Shown here: one piece after another, positions 12,339-25,174 of the stretch
Numbering within the stretch: the stretch's first letter is position 1
Layout of the letters: each line of letters opens with the position of its first letter
Assembly: GCA_964016885.1 (NCBI GenBank)
Contig: CAXHJY010000210.1
Location: 149,649-213,648 of the forward strand
Source: Eledone cirrhosa
Taxonomy: Eukaryota
Direction of reading: 5' to 3'
Length of the DNA: 64,000 nt
Made by a program: the position numbers and the translations under genes
Notes under the pieces: model-generated
What the model was told of the DNA's origin: nothing
What the model saw: the letters and a program-made list of their open reading frames with translations, nothing else
The model's database searches: none

Positions 12339-12610
12339 GAAGGTGAATGGCTTAGTGGTTAGATCATTGGGCTTGCAATTGTGGGGTTGTGAGTTCGATT
12401 CTCAAACCGGTTGATGCGTGGTGTCCTTGAGCAAGACACTTTATTTTCACATTGGACAACATCAGTGGCATGGAGATGGGGAGACTGGTATACATGGGTG
12501 ACTGCTGGTCTTCCACAAACAACCTTACCTGGACTTGTGTTACAGAGGGGAACTTTCTAGGCACAAAACCCATGGTCATACATGTCCGAAGGGGTCTTTA
12601 CTCTACCCTA
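12339..12610 (+). mobile_element. tRNA-derived SINE (second family, CORE/V-like central domain)
   Basis: A box tggcttagtgg, B box gttcgattc, then gtgtccttgagcaagacactt. Confidence 0.8.
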
Positions 12611-12736
12611 TAACATATAAGTAAATATATACAGAAAAACAAAACATTAAGACATAAATCTCTTCAAGATGGTGCAGAAAATAATTTCAAAGATAAGAAT
12701 AATTGTATATACAGTTTGATTATTGACTAATACTGT

Positions 12737-13340
12737 CAATCTCTGGGAGGGCTCTGTAGAAACAGTAGACAGCTTCTGCTACCTAGGTGACCGAATTAGC
12801 AGCAGATGTGGGTGTTCAGAAAGTACAATAACTAGGGTAAGAACGGGATGGAAGAAGTTCAGGGAACTACTGCCACTGCTAGCTGCAAAAGGCTTTTCCC
12901 TCAACATGAAAGGCAGACTGTATGATGCGTGTATACGAACAGCAATGTTACATGGTAGTGAGACCTGGGCGCTGAAGGTGGAAGACTTGCGTAGATTAAA
13001 AAGAAATGAAGCCTGCATGCTCCGATGGATGTGTAATAGTAATATACGTGAACGACAAAGCATAAATTAATTGAGAGAGAGACTGAACATAAGAGGAATC
13101 AAATGCTGTGTGCAGGAGAGGCGGTTGCGTTGGTATGGACATGTGATGCGTATGAAGGATGACAGCTGCATAAAAAAGTGCAGAGCACTAGAAGTCGATG
13201 GAAACCGCGGAGTGGGGAGACCCAAGAAGACCTGGGATGAGGTGATAAAAGCCGACCTTACCCAATTACACCTCTCAAAGGCGATGAGACACGACCGTGA
13301 CCTCTGGCGTCACGCAGTAATACAGAGTACAAGCTGAAGC
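12737..13340 (+). mobile_element. RTE-clade LINE 3' fragment
   Basis: FCYLGD, MLHGSETW, RLRWYGHV and GRPKKTW, with an in-frame stop at ~13070. Confidence 0.92.
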
Positions 13341-13399
13341 ATATAGACAATATGCCCCCACACCCTCCCGCTGCTATTTATGTTTTGTCGGCAAAATTG

Positions 13400-14950
13400 G
13401 AACATTTTTAATGTTGAAAGGATTTGATCACTTGATACACATTGTAAACTAGCTTTCACTGTTGTTCATTTGGTAGTACCGTCATACACGGACTTTCTGT
13501 GACTTGTAACAAAATATTCCAAATGCATTTGATTTGAAAATCTTCAAAGTGGTGACATAAATGAAGAAAATGTTTACTGAGCAGTAGAACCATCAGAAAA
13601 GTAATGAATTTTGTTGATACAATCAGAAATATTCTCTTATAGGAAACAAATAAAATACACATCAGTCTCAAGTTCATCTGATAGTACACATAATGAATTG
13701 GATTTAAGTTTAATGCTGTGTTTGTAGTAAATAACAATGTATTGCAAATGCAATGAAACCCTTTGATTTCATCTTGGGACAATAAAATTGTAATTTTCTG
13801 CAAAATCACCAAAAACAATATCTTCGTCAACACTTAAATCACTTTTCAAGAATGATAAGTATTTAGCTTGAGCTATTGCAATGTAAGAAGAATGAGCTGC
13901 AATTTTTTATTTTTTATTTTTTTAATTTTATTTTTCCAAATATAATTAGTAGAGAAAAGCAATGAAGAATGACATGATGCTGAATGAAAACAAAAGCGAT
14001 GAGCTGTAATTATGTCAAACTTTACACAGTAGTGCTGTATATATTCCAAAGTAGATAATGTTTGTGAAATCAAATCTACTCTATCAGTATTTATCTACTG
14101 CTTAAATATAATATTGTCTTCTTCTCCTTGACTTTCTTCAATCTTTCATTTACAAGTTTATAGTCTTCATCATTATTATTATCATCTAGTCATATATATT
14201 AGGTCTGAACATAATAGAATCAAATTCCCATTGCCACTGCCGCCATCTCTCTTGCTCTCCCCATCTCTTACTATTATAAACAAATGGGGGCTCACACGCT
14301 GGCTGGCCCGCAGCCCCAGCGGACAGAATACAATTTCAAACATATCTCTATAACTGCTATTCCAGCAAAAATAAAAGTACAAACACTGTTTTTACAGTCA
14401 CAAACAATTATGTTTGGGCTGCAACATATGCTTCAAATTTTGGTGATGGATACAAACACAGAGTGTATACCCGAGGCTCCTGTAATGAGTCACTACATTG
14501 GCCAGAGTGACTCAAATGTTGAAAAACCTATCTCTACAAGGGTTTTAATTGCATAACTCAATCCTTTTCCAATAATAAGATCTGGCTTAGCTAATATTCC
14601 TCTTTGTTCTCTCAAAGCCATAACTTGTGTATGGAACCCCTGGATACACCAACATTCCTTGCTGCATACATTAGTGACCATGATTTGGCGGGGTTAATGT
14701 CAATATTTGAAGCTTTAGATGGTGTGTTGAAGTCATGAGATTTCCCTTCGTTTCACAATGATCATCAGATCATCAGCTTTTGTTTGCAACTTACTGTTTA
14801 CATTATTTTCTCTATTCTTTCATGATTGAAAATGTTCTGGATCTAGCTTCAGCATTGTAGCAATAGTTACTGCTTCTTCTACTTGTTCAATTTTTTATTT
14901 CCCGCAATTTCTAGTTTTAGCACAATAATTAGTTTCAGCTTATTAAACAT
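13400..14950 (-). pseudogene. Degraded DNA transposase, Sola(2)-like; element probably extends ~11690-15700
   Basis: Frameshifted motifs IGFSTFESL.P, CVCIHHQN and DFAENYNFIV/QDEIKGFH resemble Sola2-type transposases as recalled. Not verified by a search. Confidence 0.6.
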
Positions 14951-15859
14951 TCTTAAATAATCATGCAATTCGGCTATAAAATGAACATAAAATGCAACTA
15001 TTAGCAAAATAAAGCTGAATTCCAATAATTAAAAAAAACATCTAAATATCTCTTCTAAACCTATCTCAAGTTTGATTGAGATGATGAGATTACAAGTATA
15101 TAAACATGATGCTCAATATAGAAATTCATGGGAAAGTAATACAAAACGTTTATATACCATAACTTTTGAAGGACGTGGGAACCCAAGATAATTTTTGCAT
15201 AATATAAGAATAACTAAGTATCTTCCATCTTATGTAAAAAAAAAAATTAAATGCAAGTTGAGCACTTTGAAAAAAAGGCTCAATTCAAGTGACAAGGTTA
15301 GGTAAACTAAAAATCTGAAAGCTTCTATATTTATCTATGAAAAAAAACATGATGCCTTGCTACTAGCACAATTTAGGGATTTTCTTTTTATTCTTCACCT
15401 GAAAATTAGGTCAGATAGCAATTTTGATGGTGATTGGACAAGTAGAAGTGAAATTACCTTGAAATTTATAAATGCAAGACAATTCAAAATGGCTGCTTGG
15501 TGTGTCAAAGTGGGTATTCTATTCTTACGCATATTTCAAGAACCAATACCATAAGAAACACTAATCATTTGGAACTAATATTTGACTAGGTTTGTCATTT
15601 TAGTAATCCCTAATATTGAGCAAAATTTAATTGATTTTTAATGGGTGGGGTCAGAGAAATGTTGCTCACTCTGATACTGAATTACTTATATACTTGGCAT
15701 ATCAATGAAGTCTTTAGAATAGTAGGTTGTGTGCTGTATGTATCAGTAAATGTAGTTAATATTAGTTAGAATTTGAACTTTGTTGTACGCATGTGATATT
15801 CTGTATGAATGCTGTATTTTGTCACAGGCCTACACATAATTAATTTGCTGTTATTCTTG

Positions 15860-16100
15860 TGAGTTTATAATACATGCTCAATCCACAAAAGAGTTTTTCC
15901 AGAGAAGAGTGGCAATGATCAAACAATCACCCTATAGTCCCGACTTAAATTTGTGTGATCGTTGGGTGTTCAAGTTATTTAAAGCAACATCTTTGAAAAT
16001 TTGTTTTTGCTTCATTAGAAGAGGTGGTAGATGAATCGGTTCCAGAAAGAGTTAAATGCTTTTCATAAACACTGCAAAGATGTTTTGCAGAATAAATAAA
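15860..16100 (+). pseudogene. mariner/Tc1 transposase relic
   Basis: ~15925-15975 translates QSPYSPDLNLCDRWVFK (YSPDL motif). Confidence 0.7.
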
Positions 16101-16849
16101 TTTTAGTTTCAATATGTTGTGCATTTTCCTTGAAAGGGTTATTCTAAAGACTTTAGTGTCACACTAAGTATATATACACACTTGTTCTACCTAATTAAGG
16201 TAAAATGATTAACCATTTTAGAACCTGATGTAGTGTTGAGGTGAATATCCCATCGAAGCAAAGTGAAATTTGTTTTTGGTATCTTATTACATGTTGTTGA
16301 GTAATCAAAAACCACAGAGTCAGATATATAAGGTTGAACTATGCAGAAATGCCAACCTCTAAAAACCCAAAAGGGGAGTACAATGAAAAAAGTGCCCCAA
16401 AACGGGGAGAAATAAGGCAAAATGAAGAGATTTTTACATAATGAAAGCTATACCCATTTTCACAAGCGAAGACATCTCTCACCCACCCCAAAGGCGGTGG
16501 GAGATCTCCCAACCGGACGGGGAGAGTTGTCAGGTCTGCAGATATATAATGTTGAAATATGAGAGAAATAAGACAAGGTTTAGTAGAAGTCAACCAATCC
16601 ATTGTTTTATGATTGTTATAGAGTGCAGTTTATACATATTGAGTACAGGGATCAATTCTTCTTCCTCTCTCTATCTCTTTCTCCTCTCCTCTTACCTTCA
16701 ACGGAAGAAAATCAGTTGTGTTCTGGCTTGGAGAGAGGACGAGCTCAGTCAAGTTTAAGAAAATATGCCCTAGACGCTCTAGACACAACAAAGTTGTCCC
16801 CTACGACTTAATCATGAGTTACAGGTCCACACACACGTGCGCATGTTCG

Positions 16850-17032
16850 TGTATGGTCGTTCAAACCTGCATTACGTTTGTGTCTGTATTCGGTAACTTA
16901 TCAGTTCGACAAAAAGAGATTGATAAAATATGTAACTCGAAAAATGAGTACTAGGGTCGATATGATCGACTAAATCCTTTTAAGGTTAACACCAGTATGG
17001 CCGCAACCAAATGACTGAAGCCGGTAAAAGAA
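16850..17032 (+). mobile_element. SINE fragment (third family)
   Basis: agtactagggtcgat...ccagtatggccgca..aatgactgaa.ccggtaaaaga. A minus copy lies at ~21395-21490. Confidence 0.65.
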
Positions 17033-17429
17033 TACTTTACAATTTCTGTATGCGCGAAATTCCGTAACCAGAGTTAACATAACGCTGTTAATGCCTGTAT
17101 GTTTGAATTTGCGATCCCGATCAAAAAGTGGTTGATGTATACATTTCACACACACAAACACATACATACACACACACACAATATTACTGACACAAATGCA
17201 CACACACACACACAATATTACTGTGATTACTCTGTAGTGTTATTTGCAGATCACTCAAACTTGTTCAAGTGAATAACCCCGAAACTAAGATTATCTTTAT
17301 ATGCGTGTGTGCGTGTTTACACACACACGTCTGTCTGTCTGTCTGTCTACCTATGTATGTGTGTATATATATATATTTACATGTTGTTCGCTCTTTCTCT
17401 TAATTTTGAGCAAGGCAAGGTTATAAAGA

Positions 17430-18450
17430 ATACGCCCTTTGAGCAATCGTTCATCCTTTGAATCATAAGAATGTTTTACATATTTCGAAAATTCTAGATT
17501 TTGTGACCATTTGTAGCTTATGAATTAAGGAGCTATATACTGTCTCCAGAAGCCCAAGATCAGCCATACTTTCGTCCGGGTTGGTATAAAACCTGAAACT
17601 TAATAAGTATGAAGTTGAATGTGTATCTTGTGTATTGGATATGTAAACACCACGTCAATGATCCGTAGATATCCTCCTTCTTATGCATATTTCTTACCAT
17701 ATTGATATCAAGTGGACAGTTGACTTCTACAACAGCGCATGTTATTAATGTGTGGTCCCAAACTACAATATCAAGCTGGTTGTGCTTTAATTTGCTGGTA
17801 GTTTTTATTTTTAGGTTCCACCAATATTACTTTGAGCCATCACTCACAATATATTCCTCCCTATTTGTTTTTATTTTTGTCTTCTGTAATACATAGAGTT
17901 AGCTCCCTGTATAATCTGAGTTCAAATCCCGCCGAGGTTGACTTTATCTTTCATCCTTACGGGGTGGATAAAATAAAGTACCAGTAATACACTGGGTAAT
18001 TGCTGGCCTTGTGCCTAAAGTAGAAACAATTATTATCTTCTGTAATACATTCCAGATCATTATAGCTATCATATCATGCCTTATGGGAAGGTAGTAATAA
18101 GAAGACATTCTTTCACAGTTGGCAATAATGTGGCTGATATCTTCGGTCTTTGTTTTGCTCAGCCTACATTTATTGTTAACTGATGACTTTCCTCTTTTGT
18201 TCTGTGGGTTTTTCTTGTTTCTGGATTGCATGGAGATATCCTTGAAGGTGGGGTGCTATGAACTTGTCGGGACTTCATGTCAAGCTTTTTGTATGTTTTA
18301 TCCCTTCTAAGGTCTGTTTTTCGTCTCAAGTACCCATGTTCAGCCTTCTCTGCATCTTCTCCCCCCACTGTATCAGTTGACAGAAACAGTATGATAGTGA
18401 GTGAAATTATATTTGTCATTGATTGTTTAAATTTGTATGAGAAAATGTTT
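17430..18450 (-). mobile_element. R4/Dong-like (RLE) non-LTR retrotransposon 3' fragment, degraded
   Basis: CRLS...EDISHIIANC..., PIRHD, YWWN, DIVVWD and VVEVNCP. Homologous to 22745-24279 and interrupted by a SINE. Confidence 0.85.
17895..18035 (+). mobile_element. Meta-domain-like SINE with 15-bp TSD
   Basis: TSD tcttctgtaatacat at 17880-17894 and 18036-18050. Confidence 0.92.
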
Positions 18451-18463
18451 TGCTGCAAATATA

Positions 18464-18727
18464 CAGTTGTCGCTCGGTATTCACAGAGGCTACGTCCGTA
18501 AAGCACGCGGATATTGGACGTGGTTCATAAAATGGCTATAAACGTCAAAACTTAATGTAAAATATGAGCAGGCAAATACGGTATATTGTTAATAATTTAG
18601 CGTTAAAAATATATATTGCCACAAAAAAAGCCATAAAAATATCAAAAACACACGGAAGATATTTACGATTTCATGAATATGCGCTGGTTTTCACGAAGGA
18701 AAATTCCGCGAATAACCGGGGGTACTG
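18464..18727. mobile_element. pogo/Tigger-like MITE
   Basis: TA|cagttgtcgctcggtattc...gaataaccgggggtactg|TA. Confidence 0.8.
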
Positions 18728-18849
18728 TATACAGTGTGTGAATGCGTATTATAAAATAAAACAGTTACTTTTGTTCGGCAGTCCAATGAATTTTACAGGT
18801 TACTTTTCATTTCATACGAGCAATATAAACATTTGTGTACAATTCTTAA

Positions 18850-19082
18850 CCCTTTTAATACCAAACTACATGACCCCCCCCCCCCCCCGGTTTTGTGTTT
18901 ATATTTATCTAAAACCCTTCCAGTATAATATTATGTAAGAACCTTTATGTTATGATCCAAATACCAAACTTAATAATTAGACAGTTAATTATTTTACTAA
19001 ACTCCCCCAAATTTTTTATTATTTTTTAAATCATTTGAAAACCTTAGGCAATGTATTTCATTAGAAATATGGTAACGAAAGG
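18850..19082. mobile_element. piggyBac-like MITE
   Basis: TTAA|cccttttaatacca...tggtaacgaaagg|TTAA. Confidence 0.7.
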
Positions 19083-19136
19083 TTAATATCAACAGAAATA
19101 TGGGGAAAAAAGTAAACTATGGTGGTAATCACAATA

Positions 19137-19139
<3 letters not shown>

Positions 19140-19225
<86 letters not shown>
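19140..19225. repeat. (TG)n microsatellite
   Basis: Pure TG run. Confidence 0.95.
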
Positions 19226-19231
<6 letters not shown>

Positions 19232-19693
19232 TTTCAAGTAATAAAATGTTTTTATACGTGTCTTGTACACAACAACAATCCAGTTAGCGATCGCTTAAAT
19301 AAACATCGCATATATTTCCGTCACTAATTTTCTCCTAATGCAGTTTATATATAATATTGTCTTTTTTTTAATGTATCATGGATTACGTTACTGATGACAG
19401 AAGAGATGTAACACAGTCTTCGTTCAATTTCTGTTTATATTGTCAATTACGATTTTATTTGATGTATCATATCTACATCAGTGGCGAAGGGTAACCTGGA
19501 AAGCAGGGCATGCAGTCCAATCGCCTCTAAATGACCCTCCCGGTCAAAGCCGCATGTAGTGTTATCTAGTGTGTGTGTGTGTGTGTGTTATCTTTTTATG
19601 TGTCTACGGTTTAGCAAGCAGCCAAAATTCTGCTTGCTTCAACCGACGCTGTCGTGTCTTTGTGTGTATGCGTGTGTTATCTTTTTATGTGTT

Positions 19694-20289
19694 ACCTTTT
19701 TTTAGGTATCGAAAAATAAGATTTTTGGCTCTAGCTCCCGCATTTTGCCACCGATTTCGTTCAAATTTTAAAGCAAAATAGAATTTATCATTGCACATCC
19801 TGTAATGGCTTTATATTTTGCATTTGTTGTTAGGGACGGCGTGGCAGCCGCTTAAATATTCAAAAATACCACTTTTAGACTCAAATTTCCACTTTTTCGG
19901 CTCTAGCTCCCACATTAATCAACCTACTTTGTTCAAATTTTACACTACGCTAGATCTGATTATTTCACGTCTTAAAGTGGCTTTAGATTTTGGATTTTTT
20001 TTGTTCAGGAACTGCGTGGCAGCCGCTTAAATATTCGAAAATACCACCTTTTCGGCTCTAGTTCCCACATTTTTCAACCGATTTCGTTCAAATTCGAAAC
20101 TCCCTCCCCAAGCATGCCCCTTCGTCAGTCACCCGCGTTTCTCAGTGATAGAGGTTATCACCACCCTCCCCCGCATGGCCTGTGTGTGGCCATAGATGAG
20201 TCATCGAGAAGCAGTCGTTAAGATCAACACCTTTTCACCAAAGCAGATATTATTTTACCTACCCAGGCAACGCTGGGTACTGCTGCTAG
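19694..20289 (+). mobile_element. Non-autonomous Helitron, 5'-truncated copy
   Basis: Ends with hairpin tacccaggcaacgctgggta then ctgctgCTAG^T. It has internal ggctctagctccc repeats and is near-identical to 28805-29387 (minus). Confidence 0.85.
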
Positions 20290-20399
20290 TAATAATAATA
20301 AATCAGAGATTCATCGAAATTTTAATCTGTTTTCTGTGCCCTATTTTCTAGTTTATTATAACTAATTCATTTATTTATTTATTATTCCTGTCTGAAAGA

Positions 20400-21030
20400 G
20401 CAGACAGTTTTCCTGTCTGGTGGCTATGGTATGGTGGACGAAACTGGAAGGACTGAAGACCAATAGTTTCCTCTTCAGCCAAGCCCTCATCGGCTTTTTT
20501 AAGTTCCACATGAAAAGGAAATTGCTGCCATTCATCCTGTATCAGGGCCTATGAGAGGTGGTGTCTAGCCGGTACTTTGTTCCAGGATCCAAGAGCTAAG
20601 AAGGCCCCACGGAAACCATGCAACATCCATTTTGAGAAAAATATTTGCCTGTTTCGGGCGCCAAGGAGGTCTTGTACCGCCTTGCAAAATTTCTCTTGGA
20701 GCCCCTGTCCAGTACATTTATTAAAAGTTGGACGAATCTAGCAAGAATGTCGTGAGTGAATTGGACCTTCACTACCCATGCGTTTGTTGACTGGAGAGAA
20801 CAAAAGGAAGAGGGGGCCCTTTTCCTATGTGATCCTTTCCTTGGAGATTGAGGTGATCTCGTATCTGTGGTGTTCCTTAATTACTCTTGGGTAGTGCTCT
20901 CCTCTATTGGGAAATCAGCTACAATCAATTTGTTGTTTGTTACTTGTTTTCTTTCTCTCTCTCTACACGTTTATATGTAAATCCCCACTATCCCTCCCTG
21001 TTTATTGTATTCGGCCCTAGTGACTAATAC
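20400..21030 (+). mobile_element. Tx1/L1-like LINE 3' fragment
   Basis: MVWWTKLEGLK...FLFSQALIGFFKFHMKRKL matches the ORF at 41317-41547. Confidence 0.6.
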
Positions 21031-21041
21031 TCATATAGATG

Positions 21042-21343
21042 CAGAGGCGTAACTAGGGGCTGGCAAGCATGGTTTGTGCCATATTGACCACGTGAAGAGG
21101 ACATCACTTGGACAAGGAGCACGTTCTATTTAAGTCTCGTCGGAGAGTGAAAAAAAACAAAAAACAAGAAACTCCTTCAGATGTACAAATCTGTCTCTGA
21201 TTATCATGGGTGAGAACACTATGGTGGCTGGATCTTTAAACCATTTATATGAATTATTAGGCCCATAGGTAAAAATACAGTGCTGGGCAGGGGCGCAATA
21301 CCACTGTTTACCATAGGTGTTATTTTCCCTAGTTATCGCTCTG
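21042..21343. mobile_element. hAT-like MITE
   Basis: Imperfect TIRs cagaggcgtaactagg / cctagttatcgctctg. Confidence 0.6.
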
Positions 21344-21754
21344 TGCCAATTTCAGAAATCCTTATTGATAATTAGTAAAAGCTCATTCTTTATATTCTTT
21401 TACTGGTTCCAGTCATTGGACTGCGGTCATGCTATGGCATATGCTTCCATTGTCTTTATAATCGATCATATATCGACCCCCAGTACTTAATTAAGTGTGG
21501 TGTAAATTTGACATAAAAAATACAGCGCCAGTTTACACCAATAAACATAAATGCACACACACACAAACGGCAGGCTTCTGCAGGTTCCCTCCAGCCAAAT
21601 CAAATCCACTCACAAAGTATTTATTGGTTCTCGAGATTATGAGAGATATTTTCTCAAACAGACAGGTTTTTATTCATTATAAGCACTGTTTGGTCTTTTA
21701 AGTCATTTTAGATTGCGCGCGCGCGCGCGCGTGTGTGCGCGCGCGCGCGCGCAT

Positions 21755-21955
21755 GCAAAAGGTAAACAGAAATAACATAGCAAACGACACAGTACAATTA
21801 AGAAATATATTAGTTTTACGCTTGACATAGTAGAAAAACATTTTGGATGCTAGTCCTTCATCAGAAAATAGAATGAGAAATTAAATAAGAAATAGGAAGA
21901 GAGAGGAGAATGAGCAGTGGCAGAAATGAAAAAAAATGTCTTTGATAAAAAGCAA
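21755..21955 (-). mobile_element. Hammerhead-bearing repeat, copy 2 (GAAA mutated)
   Basis: Minus strand reads ctgatgaaggactagcatccaaaa and ttatttctgtttacctttt, as in 11129-11245. Confidence 0.65.
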
Positions 21956-22079
21956 CTCTATGCAGGTCGGTATAATAAAAAAAATGACAAACAAAAACAA
22001 TTAATATCGTCCAAGTACAATAATAGAGTGTGTGTGTTGTTTTTAATTTTTTTTGTATCAGCGTATATTTTGGTGGAAT

Positions 22080-22705
<626 letters not shown>

Positions 22706-22744
22706 CTGTGTGTGTGTCTGTGTGTGTGTGCGTGCATACATACA

Positions 22745-24530
22745 TCTGAAACTCTATGCCAAGAACATGGATGGGATGAAAAAAAATCTTGACCTAGTTA
22801 GAACGTTCTCAAAGGATATAGGAATGGAGTTTGGCCAAGATAAATGCTCATACATGACTGTAAAGCGGGGAAAAACAACAACCCAATCTAGTAACATTGT
22901 CATCAATGGCCTAACTGTTTCACCGATATCTGATGAGGACTGCTACAGATACCTGGGGATAGATGAGAATATATCCTATAATGGTATCTGTAATAAGGAA
23001 CGCTACACCCCGATTAAGAAAGATTTGGTCATCGGAACTCTCTGCGCAAAACAAAACAGTGGCTCACAATGTGTTTGCTGTGCCTGTCCTAACACCAACA
23101 TTTGGAATACTCAATTGGACAATAGACGAAATCCGAGCAATTGATTTTAGAACTCGCAAAATACTAAACAACACCGGAAACTTCCACATCAACAGTGACA
23201 TAGACCGCCTTTACTTGAAACGTAAGCAGGGAGGCAGAGGCTTAACATCAATCCAGACAACATTTGAATGTCGCATCATATCTCTCCGACAACATCTACG
23301 AACCTCGAAGCGTAGGAGTCCGTTTCTCGAGCAAGTCTATCTGCATGAAACAGATAAGATCATGAGAGTAGGAAAGGAACTCCTCGAAATATATTCCCTG
23401 GGTGATAATCAAAAACTCACACCCAGGGAAGTCGTTCAGCAGTATCGCAGTGAATCCATGGATGAAAAACTGCATGTTTATCAGCCAGGAAGCTCCAGAG
23501 TGAGAGTAATATAGATAAAGAAATAGTCTATCTTGGACCAACAACCGCTTTATTGGCTCCCACTTTGAAGGATACGCTTTTGCAATCCAAGAACAGGAAA
23601 TCAACACGAAATACCTGATTCACAAAAGAGATAGGGATGCAGGCAAAACACCTAGATGTGATAACAAGTGCAGACTCTGCAGAACTAACATCGAGGATAT
23701 CACCCATGTCATCAGCAGCTGCCCAAAGATGTCACCGCGGTACTATCTACCTATGAGGTTGTTGGTCCTATGAGGCATGATGTGGTGGCCAAAACACTGT
23801 ACAATGCAATCCGTAAAAAAGATAGCCCCGATAATAAACACATTAAAAGCTACAGCAATGCGGAAGACATACATATACATAATATGAAAGAGTACTGGTG
23901 GAATGTTCCAGTAAAAACCCCAATAAAATGCAGACATAACAGACCAGATATTATGATATGGGACAGGGAAAAGAAGGCATGCACAGTAGTGGAAGTTAGC
24001 TGTCCAGCAGATGCCAATATAATATCAAAGATTAGTGAAAAGGAGAATATTTATGCAGAACTGATGAGAAATCTGCAGATACTCCACCCTGATTACACCT
24101 TCAGATTTATGCCTGTGATTATTGGGGCACTGGGGTATGTTAGTAACTGCCTCAATACAAATCTTGAGAAGCTAGGCTTCACAGGAATAGAAAGAACACA
24201 ACTAGTTAGGAAATTACAAGTACAATCCATTAATGGAACAGTAAAAATATGTAAAACATTCCAAAAATGTTGCATCTAATAACTACATATACACATGTAC
24301 AGATACAAAGCATATACACATGCACACATACAACTCAAAATATACACATCCACACATACAATAACATCCATACCTGCACATGTCTGCATGCATTCAGACA
24401 TGCAGACATACATACATATCTACCTAGTTGATGTTGTGTAAATTCCAATGAGAGAGTCTTGTGTCTATGTTAGAAACCGATTCTCTCTCTATTGATAAAA
24501 CTTTGTGAAATTACAAAACCAGAAGAACAC
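22745..24530 (+). mobile_element. R4/Dong-like (RLE) non-LTR retrotransposon, 5'-truncated
   Basis: RT end (DIGMEFG..KC, YRYLG, RLYLKRKQGGRGL), CCHC knuckle (CRLC...THVISSC), RHD, and RPD...VEVSCP...KENIY PD-(D/E)xK endonuclease. Lies between microsatellites. Confidence 0.9.
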
Positions 24531-24542
24531 ACACATACGCGC

Positions 24543-24580
<38 letters not shown>

Positions 24581-24781
24581 ACATTGTATATATGTACGTG
24601 TGTGTGTGAGTCTATCTCGATCTTCAGTTTAGATATTCTAACATTTACATTTGTGCATATCGAAGGCTGAGTTATAGCTGAACATTTTTATTTCCAATGT
24701 GTTTAATCGACTCAAACATTCCCACAAACATCTAATTTGTTATTGTAGTTCGTAGCAGTAATCATAAGCACAATCATTATT

Positions 24782-24966
24782 AGGCTGGTCGGTTGATTGG
24801 CAGTATCGGTAGAGGGTCGGACGCCATGCTTTGAAGCATAGAGTTACGGCTCTTGCCATTCTGAGTTCAAATCCTGTCGAGGTTAACTTTGCCTTTCATC
24901 CTTACGGGGTCGATAAAATAAAGTACCAGTAATTGCTGGCCTTGTGCCAAAGTAGAAACAATTATT
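24782..24966 (+). mobile_element. Near full-length Meta-domain-like SINE
   Basis: A box tggcagtatcgg, B box gttcaaatcc, family body and (ATT) tail. Confidence 0.92.
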
Positions 24967-25174
24967 AACCTGCCAGCATGTGTAGTGTGTATATTGATAT
25001 TATACGCAAGTATATATACATGTAGATATGATACATCAAATAAGATCGTAATTGGCAATATACACAGAAATTGAAGATAGACTGTGTTACACTGTCTTAT
25101 GTAATCAGTAACGTAATCCATGATACATTAAAAAAAGACGATATTATATATAAACGAAAGAATGGTATTTAACT

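Noticed and set aside
19391-19430. CTGATGA followed by a gaaga/tcttc stem
   Set aside because: No GAAA follows the stem, so it is too degenerate to call.
24440-24485. Possible hammerhead in the 3'UTR of the R4/Dong-like element (ccaatgag...gaaaccg)
   Set aside because: The core lacks CUGA and there is no convincing stem II.
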